In this document: positions 11,101-18,860 of the stretch, piece after piece
Numbering within the stretch: position 1 is the first letter of the stretch
How the letters are laid out: every line of letters begins with the position of its first letter
Source of the DNA: Candidatus Eiseniibacteriota bacterium
GTDB taxonomy: Bacteria; Eisenbacteria; RBG-16-71-46
Direction: 5' to 3'
NCBI GenBank assembly: GCA_038231135.1
Contig: JBBRLX010000019.1
Coordinates: 10,176 to 74,175, forward strand
Length of the DNA stretch: 64,000 nucleotides
Notes under the pieces: model-generated
Databases searched by the model: none
What the model was told of the DNA's origin: nothing
Seen by the model: the letters and a program-made list of their open reading frames with translations, nothing else
Program-made: the position numbers and the translations under genes

Positions 11101-14100
11101 GCGGTAGACGCGGAAGCCGCTCTCGGTGGTGGAACGGTCCAGCCAGGTGATCTGGACCTTGTCGCGGTAGGTGTTGTCGGTGGCCGACACCGCGCCCGGC
11201 GACTCGACCGGCGCCGGGAACGGGTACGGCGCGGTCTCGACGTAGCTCTGGACGTTGTCGTTGGAGCCGCTCGGATCGCCGGCGGCCAGGTACTGGTCCA
11301 GCACCCGGACGGCCCATCCCCGGAGACTCGGGGTCTGGATGCAGCGGAAGCAGCCCTGAGGCCCGCCCAGCACTTCCTGCCGGGTCCACGAGCTGCCGGA
11401 ACGCGTGTAGAGATACACCGCGCCGCGCGTGGTGTTATCGCGTGGGGCGCCCACCAGGATCCGCTCGTCACGAATCGACACCGACTGTCCGAACGCGCAG
11501 TCCGGCGCGTTGCGTTCGGGATCCAGCGTGGCGTTCAGCGTCCACGTGCCACCCGCATCCCGCTCGAATACGTACGCCCTGCCGGCGACGCCGTCCGCGT
11601 GCGAACCCACCACCGCCCAACCGTCATGGAGATCCACGGCGAATCCAAAGCCCGCATCGGGAGCTGTCGGCTGCAGTGTCTGGACCACGGTCCATCCGCC
11701 CAGGGTAGCGCGCGTGCACACGCGCACCGAGCCGTTGCCGCCCAGCAGCGCGGTGGTGCCCGAGATCGCGACCGACCGCGCCACGCCGGGCACCGTCGTG
11801 CTCGGCGTCCAGCCCGCCTCCCAGAACGCGGCTCCCGCGTTCGGGGTTCCCACCACCGCGTAGTTACCGTCGATGTCCACCGCGACCTCGCTCGGCCCAG
11901 CCCCGGTGGTGCTCACGGTGACGCGCTGATCCGCCTGCCACCCCACCCCATCCACCCGATGCGCGAAGGCGACCATGTCCGCCGAACCCAGTTTGTAGGT
12001 GGCGAGCGTCCAGTCGCCGCTGGTCGCAACCTGCTGTCCGAGGTACTTCGCGGTGAAGCTGTCCGCTTCGAGGTCGAGCGAGCTGCCAACGGTGTTGAAG
12101 GCCAAAAACTGCGTATCGAAGATCATCACCGCCCCGCGATCCACAACGTTCGGATTCGGGGCGCCGCCGAAGTAGTTGCGGAACGGCGCGCCGACGCTCA
12201 GCCAGCGGCTCTGCCCACCCACGGAATACCCGAAGTTGTCGAAAGCGGAGTTGAAGATGATTCCCGGCGTGGTCGTGAAGTGGAACGGGTTGGTGTCGCC
12301 GGTAGGCGCCGTGGTCTGCCCCGCGTCGCACACCGGGTCCGAGGCGTTCGCGCCGGACACCGACTGCACGCAATACGTGTACTGAGTGCCGAACGTCGCC
12401 GTCGGGTCGCTGAACGACGTTGCGTTCGGGGGCTCGTTGCCGATCACCACGCCATCGCGCGAGATGCGATAGCCCGTCTCGAGCGACGACTGGTCGATCC
12501 ACGCCACCTGCACTCGATTGTCATACGACTCCGACGCGCTGACGCCGAGCGGCGGCAGCAGCGTGGTGTGGCCCTGGTCCTTGCCTGCCGGCGACGACCC
12601 CAGCCTGACGCCGTCCAGCGAATCCACCGCGAGCACCGAGTACTCGTAGTGGACGCCGAACGTGATGGACAGGTCGACGTAGCGATCGGAGTTGGGCGGC
12701 AGCACCGCGACGCGCGACGAATCGTTGGTCGTGAGATCCCGGCGCCACACCTCGTAGGACTCCTCGTAGCGGGAGTTGTCCACCCACGAGAGCGCGATCT
12801 GGTTCTCGAACGCGCCATCGGACGCCTCGACCGAGGTTGGCACCGCGAGCGTACGGCTACCGGTGTCGGCCGCCGGGTCGGATTCGGTCGTGTCGGACTT
12901 GCCCGGGCCGAATACCTGGAACGCGGTGACCGAGTAGTCGTACGCCTGGCCCGGCACTCCCGTCTTGTCGTCGTACCCGGAGGCGTTCGATGGCCGCGTC
13001 GCGATCCGCTGCAGCGGATCGGTGGTCCCCGCCAGGCGGCGGTATACGAAGTAGCCATCCTCGATCTGCGACTGATCGGTCCAGGTGACGGCGACGCGAT
13101 CCTCGAAGTCGCCGTCCGACGCCTTGACCGCCGAAGGGACCGCGATCTTGCGGAAGCCGTTGTCTGTGCTCCTGGCGGACTCGACGCCGAGGCTCGTCAC
13201 TGCGGTCACGGCATAGGTCGTCGCTACGCCGGAGGCGACTCCGTCGTCCGAGTATGCCCTGCGATCGGCACCGACCGAGCGGATGAAGACGCTGCCGCGG
13301 TAGATCTTGAACAGCACCGCGGACGTCGAGCTGCTCTCCCACGTGATGTCGACGTGGCCCTCGAACGTTCCGTCCGTCGCCGCGACCGACGACGGCGCCA
13401 GCACGACGGCGCGCGTGCCGTCGTCGCACACCGGCGCCGAGCGGCCGCCGGAGTTGCTGAACGCCACGACGCAATACGTGTACGTGCGGCCGGGCTCGCC
13501 GCCCGGATCGTCGAACGTGGTCGTCGTGGCCCCGAGGTTCGCCACCAGCGACGAGTCCGTGGTGCCGACCGGCATGCGGTACACGAGGAAACCATCGTTG
13601 GTGGTGGAGGTGTCCTGCCAGGCGACGTGCACCTTGTCGTCGAACGTGCTGTCGCTCGCGATGACGTGCACCGGCGCCGGGAGGACACCGATGCCGCCGG
13701 TGTCGCAGCCGCGCGCGGATTCACGTGCCGAGCCATCGACGGCGGCGACGCAATACTCGTAGGTCGTTCCCGGGGCGGCCAGCACGTCCTCGAACGTCCG
13801 GGTGTTGGGCGGGAGCGTGACCCGCAGCGCCCCATCGCGGTAGACGCGGTAGTTCACCTCGAGCGCGGTGTTATCCACCCAGGTGACGACGACCTTGCTC
13901 GGGTACTGGCCATCCGATGCGGAGACCAGCAGCGGTGCCGCGATGAACGCGCTCGAGCCGGAATCGATCCGGGGTGCGGTGGTGTCGCCGGCGGCATCGA
14001 CCGCCACGAGGCTGTAGGAGTAGGTCGTACCCGGGGCGGCCGTGCTGTCGTCGAACGCGATGGCGTCGGGAATCGTGACGCCCAGCAGGCTGCCGTTGCG

Positions 14101-15150
14101 CCGGATCCGGTAGCCGGACTCGACACTCGACCGATCCGACCAGGTGAGCCGGACGAAACCCTCGTACGTCGCGTCCGAGGCGGTGAATTCGGTCGGCCGG
14201 AAGATGATCCGGCTGCCGTCGTCGCAGGCGGCCGCACCCTCGGTGCTGGTCATGTCGAGCACCGTCACGCAGTACGTGTACACGACGCCCGGAACCCCGG
14301 AGGTGTCCGAATACAGCGAGTCGTCCTGCGACGCGACGCGGATCAGCACGTTGGCAGACACCGGCTGGCCGGACACCCGACGGTAGACCTTGTAGAGAAA
14401 CGGACCGCCGCTCACCGAGGCCCAGCGAATGTCCGTCCGATCCTCGTAGACGCTATCGGTCGCGCTCACAAACGCGGGCGGATCGATCGCCAGGGTCGAG
14501 GCGCCGCGCGGCACGCCGGCCTGGGCGTCCCGGACGGCCACAGCCTGGAGCACCGCCGCTTCGACGGTCCTGCCGGAGGTCAGCCCGGCGGCGCCGGCCG
14601 CGATGCGCCCGGTCTCGTTGTAGCCCGTCGTCGTACGACCGAATCGCGCGACCGAGCCGCCATCCGCGGCGAGGCTGACCACGCCGTCCGCGATGCTCAC
14701 CTGCGAGCCGAAGCGATCGCCCACCGAACTCCTGGGCGCGACTCGCGACGTCAGCGTCCAGGTTCCGGCGACCCGCTCATAGATATAGGCAGCGCCCTTC
14801 CAGCCATCGTCCCACGGCGCGCCGACGACCAGAGTGTTGCCATCGATCGCCACCGCGCTGCCGAACCGCGCGAACCGGCCGCGCTCCGCCGGCGCCAGCG
14901 TCGCATCGAGCACCCAGGCCCGTCCCGTACGGTGATAGACGTAGGCGACACCCCGATAGCTGTCGCTCGCGGACGCTCCCGCGACGGTCCAATCGCCATC
15001 GACAGTCCGGTCGTAGGCGTGCGCGGCGGGAGCGGGTGCGGCCAGGGCGGGATTCGCGAACGCGAGGCCCGCAACCAGCATTGCGAGCGGGAACCATGCA
15101 CGTGCAGGAAGCCGTAGGCCGTTGCCGAGTGAGGGCACAATGGACTCCAT
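5140..15150 (-). CDS. Giant secreted protein (~3,336 aa): FG-GAP repeats, 9 FN3-like repeats, LamG, Ig-like/prealbumin-fold domains, uncharacterised core, Por-like tail
   Basis: Signal peptide after M at 15150 (…AWFPLAMLVAGLAFANPALA; alternative ATG 15207). FGSAVAIDGNTLVVGAP; repeats VSASDG..W.D.S..E.GY.IYR..YCV; LamG (DDGGWHHIA, MDDIRVW); tail SQPNPLLG...GGIYFYRM. Confidence 0.9.
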   Translation of the reverse strand: MESIVPSLGNGLRLPARAWFPLAMLVAGLAFANPALAAPAPAAHAYDRTVDGDWTVAGASASDSYRGVAYVYHRTGRAWVLDATLAPAERGRFARFGSAVAIDGNTLVVGAPWDDGWKGAAYIYERVAGTWTLTSRVAPRSSVGDRFGSQVSIADGVVSLAADGGSVARFGRTTTGYNETGRIAAGAAGLTSGRTVEAAVLQAVAVRDAQAGVPRGASTLAIDPPAFVSATDSVYEDRTDIRWASVSGGPFLYKVYRRVSGQPVSANVLIRVASQDDSLYSDTSGVPGVVYTYCVTVLDMTSTEGAAACDDGSRIIFRPTEFTASDATYEGFVRLTWSDRSSVESGYRIRRNGSLLGVTIPDAIAFDDSTAAPGTTYSYSLVAVDAAGDTTAPRIDSGSSAFIAAPLLVSASDGQYPSKVVVTWVDNTALEVNYRVYRDGALRVTLPPNTRTFEDVLAAPGTTYEYCVAAVDGSARESARGCDTGGIGVLPAPVHVIASDSTFDDKVHVAWQDTSTTNDGFLVYRMPVGTTDSSLVANLGATTTTFDDPGGEPGRTYTYCVVAFSNSGGRSAPVCDDGTRAVVLAPSSVAATDGTFEGHVDITWESSSTSAVLFKIYRGSVFIRSVGADRRAYSDDGVASGVATTYAVTAVTSLGVESARSTDNGFRKIAVPSAVKASDGDFEDRVAVTWTDQSQIEDGYFVYRRLAGTTDPLQRIATRPSNASGYDDKTGVPGQAYDYSVTAFQVFGPGKSDTTESDPAADTGSRTLAVPTSVEASDGAFENQIALSWVDNSRYEESYEVWRRDLTTNDSSRVAVLPPNSDRYVDLSITFGVHYEYSVLAVDSLDGVRLGSSPAGKDQGHTTLLPPLGVSASESYDNRVQVAWIDQSSLETGYRISRDGVVIGNEPPNATSFSDPTATFGTQYTYCVQSVSGANASDPVCDAGQTTAPTGDTNPFHFTTTPGIIFNSAFDNFGYSVGGQSRWLSVGAPFRNYFGGAPNPNVVDRGAVMIFDTQFLAFNTVGSSLDLEADSFTAKYLGQQVATSGDWTLATYKLGSADMVAFAHRVDGVGWQADQRVTVSTTGAGPSEVAVDIDGNYAVVGTPNAGAAFWEAGWTPSTTVPGVARSVAISGTTALLGGNGSVRVCTRATLGGWTVVQTLQPTAPDAGFGFAVDLHDGWAVVGSHADGVAGRAYVFERDAGGTWTLNATLDPERNAPDCAFGQSVSIRDERILVGAPRDNTTRGAVYLYTRSGSSWTRQEVLGGPQGCFRCIQTPSLRGWAVRVLDQYLAAGDPSGSNDNVQSYVETAPYPFPAPVESPGAVSATDNTYRDKVQITWLDRSTTESGFRVYRDGDLIATVDPNTRIYTDVDAAPGRTYEYCVTAIIDSAARPSGAVSNESVRGCDFGRRPPDGNITGRVATFAGAGVSGANVCLDPAPNRSILFDGSGGNIAVADGGVFGATFTTEFWYRGHAGAAGTLMAYSTAATVDVFAVKNPGNLAISLNGSAAPTGVAIDDGGWHHIAIDWTSASGALHVYKDGLPAYSGIGAAGVTLEGGGALAFGATLAGAMDDIRVWDHVRTQAQIQEFMPEFLAGNESGLVAYWPLNDSQGSGAEELRGNRYGRISGGATWINEAPPMSACAVTDNQGNYVLAKLRYGTSTTFKVIPTIAGHQFTPAFKTITLSTGSPVQNEVGFTDITSFAASGLVSYSNTSCLAANVEIYVDGVLRGSTDGSGHFSVPVPPGDHTLEARQAGHTFSPPIIHLAGVTGDLANLNFLDTTVRHLSGLVAGGCNIPIGTLTLAIESEDRCFSRTITTAAQYDEALPPLKFFVRVTGIVGAPGGPDQADVIRFFDKLGAREVDLSTANYTLDFKYRAPLEVEVSGLPVADPSCPLGVPVIDQMQRFPMTINVFEDYGTLGRCPVDTGTVTVFDEIIDQEKNPVTLVVKNGVAKLQTDNGLKPYETAANTPNIFAGRIDSQGHDRSYQKSLTVVAEAEGEDPVTHIDWVIVTGQRPRTATFTAEADGVPLLILHDPPGDHSFSFVEQESTFCSKISGISQQGSSASVEGKVHFGIEALLGFIYMTPTHVDVTLAGGVTLGFKAKEGNELEICAKTNQEFRTSSDDLFIGRDGDVYMGLAMNLLFAKTDVVRVQGCRVVTSVEIAMGLDKVRSVYNYTDWHIRNTIIPQLSELARLAPSDSAEFNSARTNWQAHLDLNDSLKRVAPLEKNRSFSAGAEYSYSSTVDESKSTNWSFEAFTKAEISEGMEFKIAGNGVETKWSSKFDFSLEREGASTATSSRTTGYTLSDNDIGDVFSVDVKKDVLYGTPIFDLVAGTSSCPWEPWPDPRTGAPRSQPVDGAKLTVEPPVRNSVPIGSPAVFTLNMTNDSQAEGTREYLILPIQESNPGGAVIKIDGQTVPSGLSFFLNAGETRQATMTVERGPNRYFYDDLQIAMVPPCEYELFRNGGPLHLADTVKVSVAFDAPCSDITLLRPEPGWSVAAGTDSLALILTDFQLAISEKDSLVSVGAEYQLAGTDHWLPIGPEIPAASVPLSLSGIPQSVSIKWPMAGIPEGTYAVRAFTRCSGGKGVSGPATGVIDRTPPVVFGTPQPADGTLSFGEDISITYNENIDCASANGTNVTLEALSPTQALDVHATCNGRTLVLTPSTDLSAFEGRTLRATVTGIKDLVGNPSGTRSWTFIVRQGDLAWADASVSQDVGFGSGGRVAMDLINGLNQPVTYALSTLPAWLAADTPPTYTVPAKSRVSVSFQIAAATALGAYDTTVTATATTNPPTTPHSATLNVHVNVLRVPPTWTLDPAGYEHSMTVRARVFVGVGADSSVSPDDILAAFVGNEVRGIAHPLHVSDGWRYFLTVYGRPPAFERIHFQVWDSRTSKTYTATNQTPKFIADSTYGSFAGPLDIFTRTPSPANEQIIPVNAGWTWFSVNRRPSTQDDRTVAAVLSNLVPAAGDLVKAQDGSISMFDATAGWIGTLDTIAVTKSYRMKTTTAGEIRYESTRVLPSGYPIPVKKGWNWIGYTPDDARVVTTALGGLSSATADVLRSQTAFAEFSPSAWAGSLAQMQPGLGYELYRSNPAAGQFTYTDTSPAGPLVAAATPAGGGTAATGASPETPASATGLPGFELDYHAYQYDMVVTAQLTGLSLGPQYQVAALVDGEVRGIAVPVHVAALDRTLLFMMVRSNATRGETVHFQALDRTSGKVYEVQGSVTFEADAVLGSSAHPLALASDGVVIENLSLPVAFDLGASQPNPLLGNGTATLRYALPTAVHVSLELFDVNGRRVRRIVNATQPPGWYDVSIQPRELRGGIYFYRMRAGSFSATRRMVIVR

Positions 15151-15244
15151 ATCTGGAAGGGGGACGCAGATCGTCGGCGAGGGGACGACGCGTGAAAACG
15201 TTTTCATTCCACGAAGTGCGCTCTCACGCGTACTTTGCGAGGCG

Positions 15245-15285
15245 TGTACTGTAAATGTAATCGCGATGTCTTGCATCTGAAAACA
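15245..15285 (-). promoter_or_regulatory. Candidate sigma70-type promoter for the giant-protein operon
   Basis: Locally AT-rich patch. The minus strand reads TTCAGA-N16-TACATT, immediately followed by TACAGT. Confidence 0.45.
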
Positions 15286-15413
15286 CCGACGCCCCGAAAA
15301 ACTGACATCTCGAGCGTTCAAGAGATGACTGGGACAAAACCAGCGGAGCCCATCCTCTGAGCTCCTCAATAAAGAGCGCAGGCCCGGCAGGTGACCGCAT
15401 GTGCAGGGGACGA

Positions 15414-16163
15414 CTACTTCAGATCCCGGAACGCGCGATATGCGCGTTTCCGCTGACCCATCGCCGCGACCTGCGCCGGGGTGTAGAGGTTCCGCGCGAC
15501 CTGGCGGCGCAGCCCGCCGAGCGTCGAGCGCGCCACGCGGCGCGTGAAATAGTTGACGATCCACTTGGGTACGCTGCCGCGCGGATCGATGAACACCAGC
15601 GCCACGATCTCGACGCGATCGCCCACCTGGGTCATCTGGAACGTGCTCGCGTACACCTTCGACCGCACGAGCCGGGGCAGCGTGTCCGCCCGGGGCGAGT
15701 CCACGGACTCGGCGGCGATCGTCACCCGGTCGAGGTCGTCGCTCACGGTGATCCGCGCCCGGACGACCGCGGTGCGGTCGGACGCCGGCCACGGCACGTC
15801 GACGCGCATGTACTCCGTCTGGTCGTAGTCGTTGGTGCGCTCGAGTAGCACGCTGCCGCCAAGATTTGCGACCCACTCGCGCCGCCGCGGAATGTCCTCG
15901 AGCACCAGTGAGACCTGCTCGATCGTGCCGGGGATGGTCATCGTGGCCTTGCACGGGACGACGCCCGTGCCGCGGACCGAGCTGCTGTAGAGCGCAATGC
16001 CATCGCTCGACGATTCGAGGCGCCACGACGGGTCGTCGATCGCGATATGGGGTTGCTGCTGCGGCGCCGGTCCCGGCGACGCGATGCGGGGGAGGAGCAG
16101 GCTCGCAAACACGATGGCGAGGCGCAGCGCACGGCGGGAACGTGGGTGATGCCAGTCCCGCAT
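15414..16163 (-). CDS. START-domain (lipid-binding) protein with signal peptide
   Basis: GGAGAA RBS. Motifs WRLESSSDGIALY, DVPWPASDR, IDPRGSVPKWIVN. Confidence 0.85.
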   Translation of the reverse strand: MRDWHHPRSRRALRLAIVFASLLLPRIASPGPAPQQQPHIAIDDPSWRLESSSDGIALYSSSVRGTGVVPCKATMTIPGTIEQVSLVLEDIPRRREWVANLGGSVLLERTNDYDQTEYMRVDVPWPASDRTAVVRARITVSDDLDRVTIAAESVDSPRADTLPRLVRSKVYASTFQMTQVGDRVEIVALVFIDPRGSVPKWIVNYFTRRVARSTLGGLRRQVARNLYTPAQVAAMGQRKRAYRAFRDLK

Positions 16164-16175
16164 GCTAGTTCTCCA

Positions 16176-16534
16176 TCACGCCACGAACGGCAGCACCGCC
16201 CGGACCTTGCGGCGGTAGGCTTCGTAGGGCGCTCCGAACGCGGCGACCAGCATGGCGTCCTCGACGTGGATCCGGTAGGCGTACGCCGCAAAGGTAGCGA
16301 CGATCGAGCCCACGACCACGATCGTGTTCCCGGATGTCATCGCGATGCCATTGAGGCACAGCAGCGACCCCAGGCAGCCGTGCTGCCGCGATCCGAGGCT
16401 CCGGCCGAGTTCGTACGCGCTTTGGCACCAAAGCGGATCTCGGCTTGAATGCAATAGAGCAGGATCAGGAGCAGACCCGCAGCGCCGTAAGGCGTCAGGG
16501 TCAGACCCAGCGAGGCCGCGAAGCGTTCCAGCAC
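16176..16534 (-). pseudogene. Isoprenylcysteine carboxyl/phospholipid methyltransferase (ICMT/PEMT) family gene, internally deleted and frameshifted
   Basis: N-terminal half (VLERFAASL...ASDRGST) joins out of frame at ~16380 to the C-terminal half (GCLGSLLCLNG...RIHVEDAMLVAAFGAPYEAYRRKV). The central helices and GPYxxxRHP motif are missing. Confidence 0.7.
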
Positions 16535-16547
16535 GGGGGAGGATCTC

Positions 16548-18389
16548 CTATCTCGCGACGACGAGCTTGCGGACGACGGTGTGTCCGCCGGCCGTGAGCC
16601 GCGCGAAGTACAGGCCGGGCGCGCCACGGCGTCCGCCCGCATCGCGGCCGTCCCAGTTCACCGTGTGATCGCCCGCCGCCAGCTCTGCGCCGACGAGGTC
16701 CACGACACGCCGGCCGGCCGGGTCGAGGATCCCGAGGTCGACTCGTCCGGCCGCGGGCAACGAGAAACGCATGGTGGTGGCATGACGGAACGGGTTGGGC
16801 CGCGCCTCCGTCAGCGCCAGCGCGGAACCCGCGTACTCATTCGCCACGACGGCGGACGTGGCGGCGCCGACTGCGAACAGCGTGGCGTTGTTGATCGCAT
16901 AGACCTTGCCATCGCGTCCGATCAGCGTGGGCGTATAGGCCTCACCGATCCCCGGTGTGAGCGTGATGGCCTGGGTGAACGCGTTCGAGCGCAGGTCCCA
17001 GCGGTAGAGTCTGCCATCCTCGCTGTTCGCGAGAACGCTGCCGGTGGCGGAATCGACCACGGCCGAATTGATGCACCATTCCCGAACGGCATCGGGGTAC
17101 GTGTCGATGTATTCCGGGTCGGGCGTCACGCCGGCGATCGTGAGGATCTCCTTCATGACCGTCACGCCGGACTGGGCGTCGAGTTGCGTGGCGCCGGGGT
17201 CGAGGATGGCGAGCTTGTTGATTCCGACGCCACCGAACCCGGCGTAGCTGTTGTACTTGGTCATCAACAGATAGCTCGACGCGCCGTGGTACGACGGCAC
17301 CATGCCGGCTGGCACCACGGACGGCGTGTCGTCCCAGCCGAACGCGCCGGGGGCCCCGGCAGGCACCAGGTCGGCGTCGAACTGCAGCATCCAGCCGCGG
17401 GCGCCGTTCGACGGGAACTGCGCCTCGAGGACGCCGAAGTACACGTTGCCGTCGGGCGCCACCATCGGGGAGGCCGAGCTGTTGTCGGCCAGGCCCGCAT
17501 CGCCGCCGCGCGGGTCCCTGAGCGCGACCTTCGTGATCGCGTGCAAATCCGTCGCGTCGAGGGCGGCAAGGACTCCACTGGACCAGCCACCCCCGCTCAG
17601 CGCCACGTACAGCGTCCGGCCATCATGGCTGAGCGCGGGTGCGCAGTTCATCTCCACCTGAGTGGCCGCCCCGTCCGAGGCGATGGGGACGGGAACGTAG
17701 ACCGCGGCGCCGCCGGCATCGATCCGGGCGATCCCGCTCTGGATGCCGAGCGGGTTGGCGCCCGTGGCGCGGTAGCCGAAGTAGACGTCGCCCGCCGAGT
17801 CGGACGTCAGCGGCGTGCAGATCCGGATGTCGGCGTTGAAGGCGGCGGGGTCGGTGTTGTACGCGCCGATCCCATAGAACGCGCTCCGTGTGAGCGCCGG
17901 AGCCCCGGGCCCATCGATATTGTCGGCGAACAGGAGTGTCCCGCCGGCGCCGGGCATATAGAGACGTCCGTTCGGCGTCAGCGTCGGGCCATAGCTCGGG
18001 GTCCAGGAGTACGCGGGCAGCGTGTAGTCCGAGTCCAACTGCCAGCGCAGCGAACCGTCGCTGCCGTTTCGCACCTCGACGCGGAAGCTGTCGGACGCGC
18101 CGGTTTTGACGGGGATCACGAGTGTATTGGCCGCGCTGACCAGCGGGGACCCGTAATGGATGTAGAGGGTCGTGCCGCTGTACTGCGGGTGGAGATCGAC
18201 CGGCGTCTGCCAGACGACGCGGCCGAGCGCCTGCGACGCGGTCCCCGACAGGGCGGTGTGCTGAGGGTTCATGCCGTAGTCGCCCCACGCCACCTGCCCG
18301 CAGGAACTACGGACATGGGTCAGCGAGCCCAGGAGCACCGTGAAGGCGAGTCCCAGGACAACGCCTGCACGGTGCCGTCTCGAGCCCAT
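16548..18389 (-). CDS. Secreted beta-propeller-like (PQQ-repeat-like) protein with FlgD-Ig/Por-like tail
   Basis: Signal peptide; WGDYGMNPQHTA; YTPTLIGRDGKVYAIN; tail ARPNPFRH...PGLYFARL. Confidence 0.85.
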   Translation of the reverse strand: MGSRRHRAGVVLGLAFTVLLGSLTHVRSSCGQVAWGDYGMNPQHTALSGTASQALGRVVWQTPVDLHPQYSGTTLYIHYGSPLVSAANTLVIPVKTGASDSFRVEVRNGSDGSLRWQLDSDYTLPAYSWTPSYGPTLTPNGRLYMPGAGGTLLFADNIDGPGAPALTRSAFYGIGAYNTDPAAFNADIRICTPLTSDSAGDVYFGYRATGANPLGIQSGIARIDAGGAAVYVPVPIASDGAATQVEMNCAPALSHDGRTLYVALSGGGWSSGVLAALDATDLHAITKVALRDPRGGDAGLADNSSASPMVAPDGNVYFGVLEAQFPSNGARGWMLQFDADLVPAGAPGAFGWDDTPSVVPAGMVPSYHGASSYLLMTKYNSYAGFGGVGINKLAILDPGATQLDAQSGVTVMKEILTIAGVTPDPEYIDTYPDAVREWCINSAVVDSATGSVLANSEDGRLYRWDLRSNAFTQAITLTPGIGEAYTPTLIGRDGKVYAINNATLFAVGAATSAVVANEYAGSALALTEARPNPFRHATTMRFSLPAAGRVDLGILDPAGRRVVDLVGAELAAGDHTVNWDGRDAGGRRGAPGLYFARLTAGGHTVVRKLVVAR

Positions 18390-18450
18390 CGGCCTGAACC
18401 TTTCAGCGGCGCAATCGCGGCGTGTGACTTCGTACCCTGGAGTTCGACGG

Positions 18451-18585
18451 TTACTTGCCCTTCTTGCTGCCGAGCGTGCCCGGAGCCGGGTGCGCCTTGG
18501 TGAACGCGTCGGCCTTCTTCTGGGTCTTCTCGGTTGCGTCCTGTTTCTTCAGCCGCTCTTTCGACTTCGGAGACTTGTCGCCCAT
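18451..18585 (-). CDS. Small (44 aa) lysine-rich protein
   Basis: AGGCGG RBS, then MGDKSPKSKERLKKQDATEKTQKKADAFTKAHPAPGTLGSKKGK; third codon positions GC-biased. Confidence 0.7.
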   Translation of the reverse strand: MGDKSPKSKERLKKQDATEKTQKKADAFTKAHPAPGTLGSKKGK

Positions 18586-18860
18586 GAAGCACCGCCTGAG
18601 GTTCGGGTGGTTGGAGCCCTCGCGACCGAACTGCACTCTACCATCTCCCCCGAGTGGCCGATCACACGCGGTGACAGGATTCCCCGTCGCCATGGTGGGC
18701 GGCATCCGGCGAAATGCATTGCCGGACAGGTATTTGGCCCATAGACTTGTGCTCCAGGGACGGCCGGGCGACTCGGCCGGCAGCCCATAAGACCGGACGG
18801 GTGTGCCGCACCAGCGGTTCCTCCAGCGCCGGCTCACGCCCACCGAAGCCCGGAGAACCG

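Noticed and set aside
10741..15117. 1,458-aa + strand ORF (and similar long antisense ORFs such as 2612-5197, 18834-22004, 32672-34855)
   Set aside because: Arg/Gly/Ala-rich shadows of real genes on the opposite strand, typical of high-GC DNA; no domain motifs.
15151..16026. N-terminal extension of the giant ORF to 16026
   Set aside because: Overlaps the START gene in another frame and a promoter-like region; the signal peptide appears only after ~15150.
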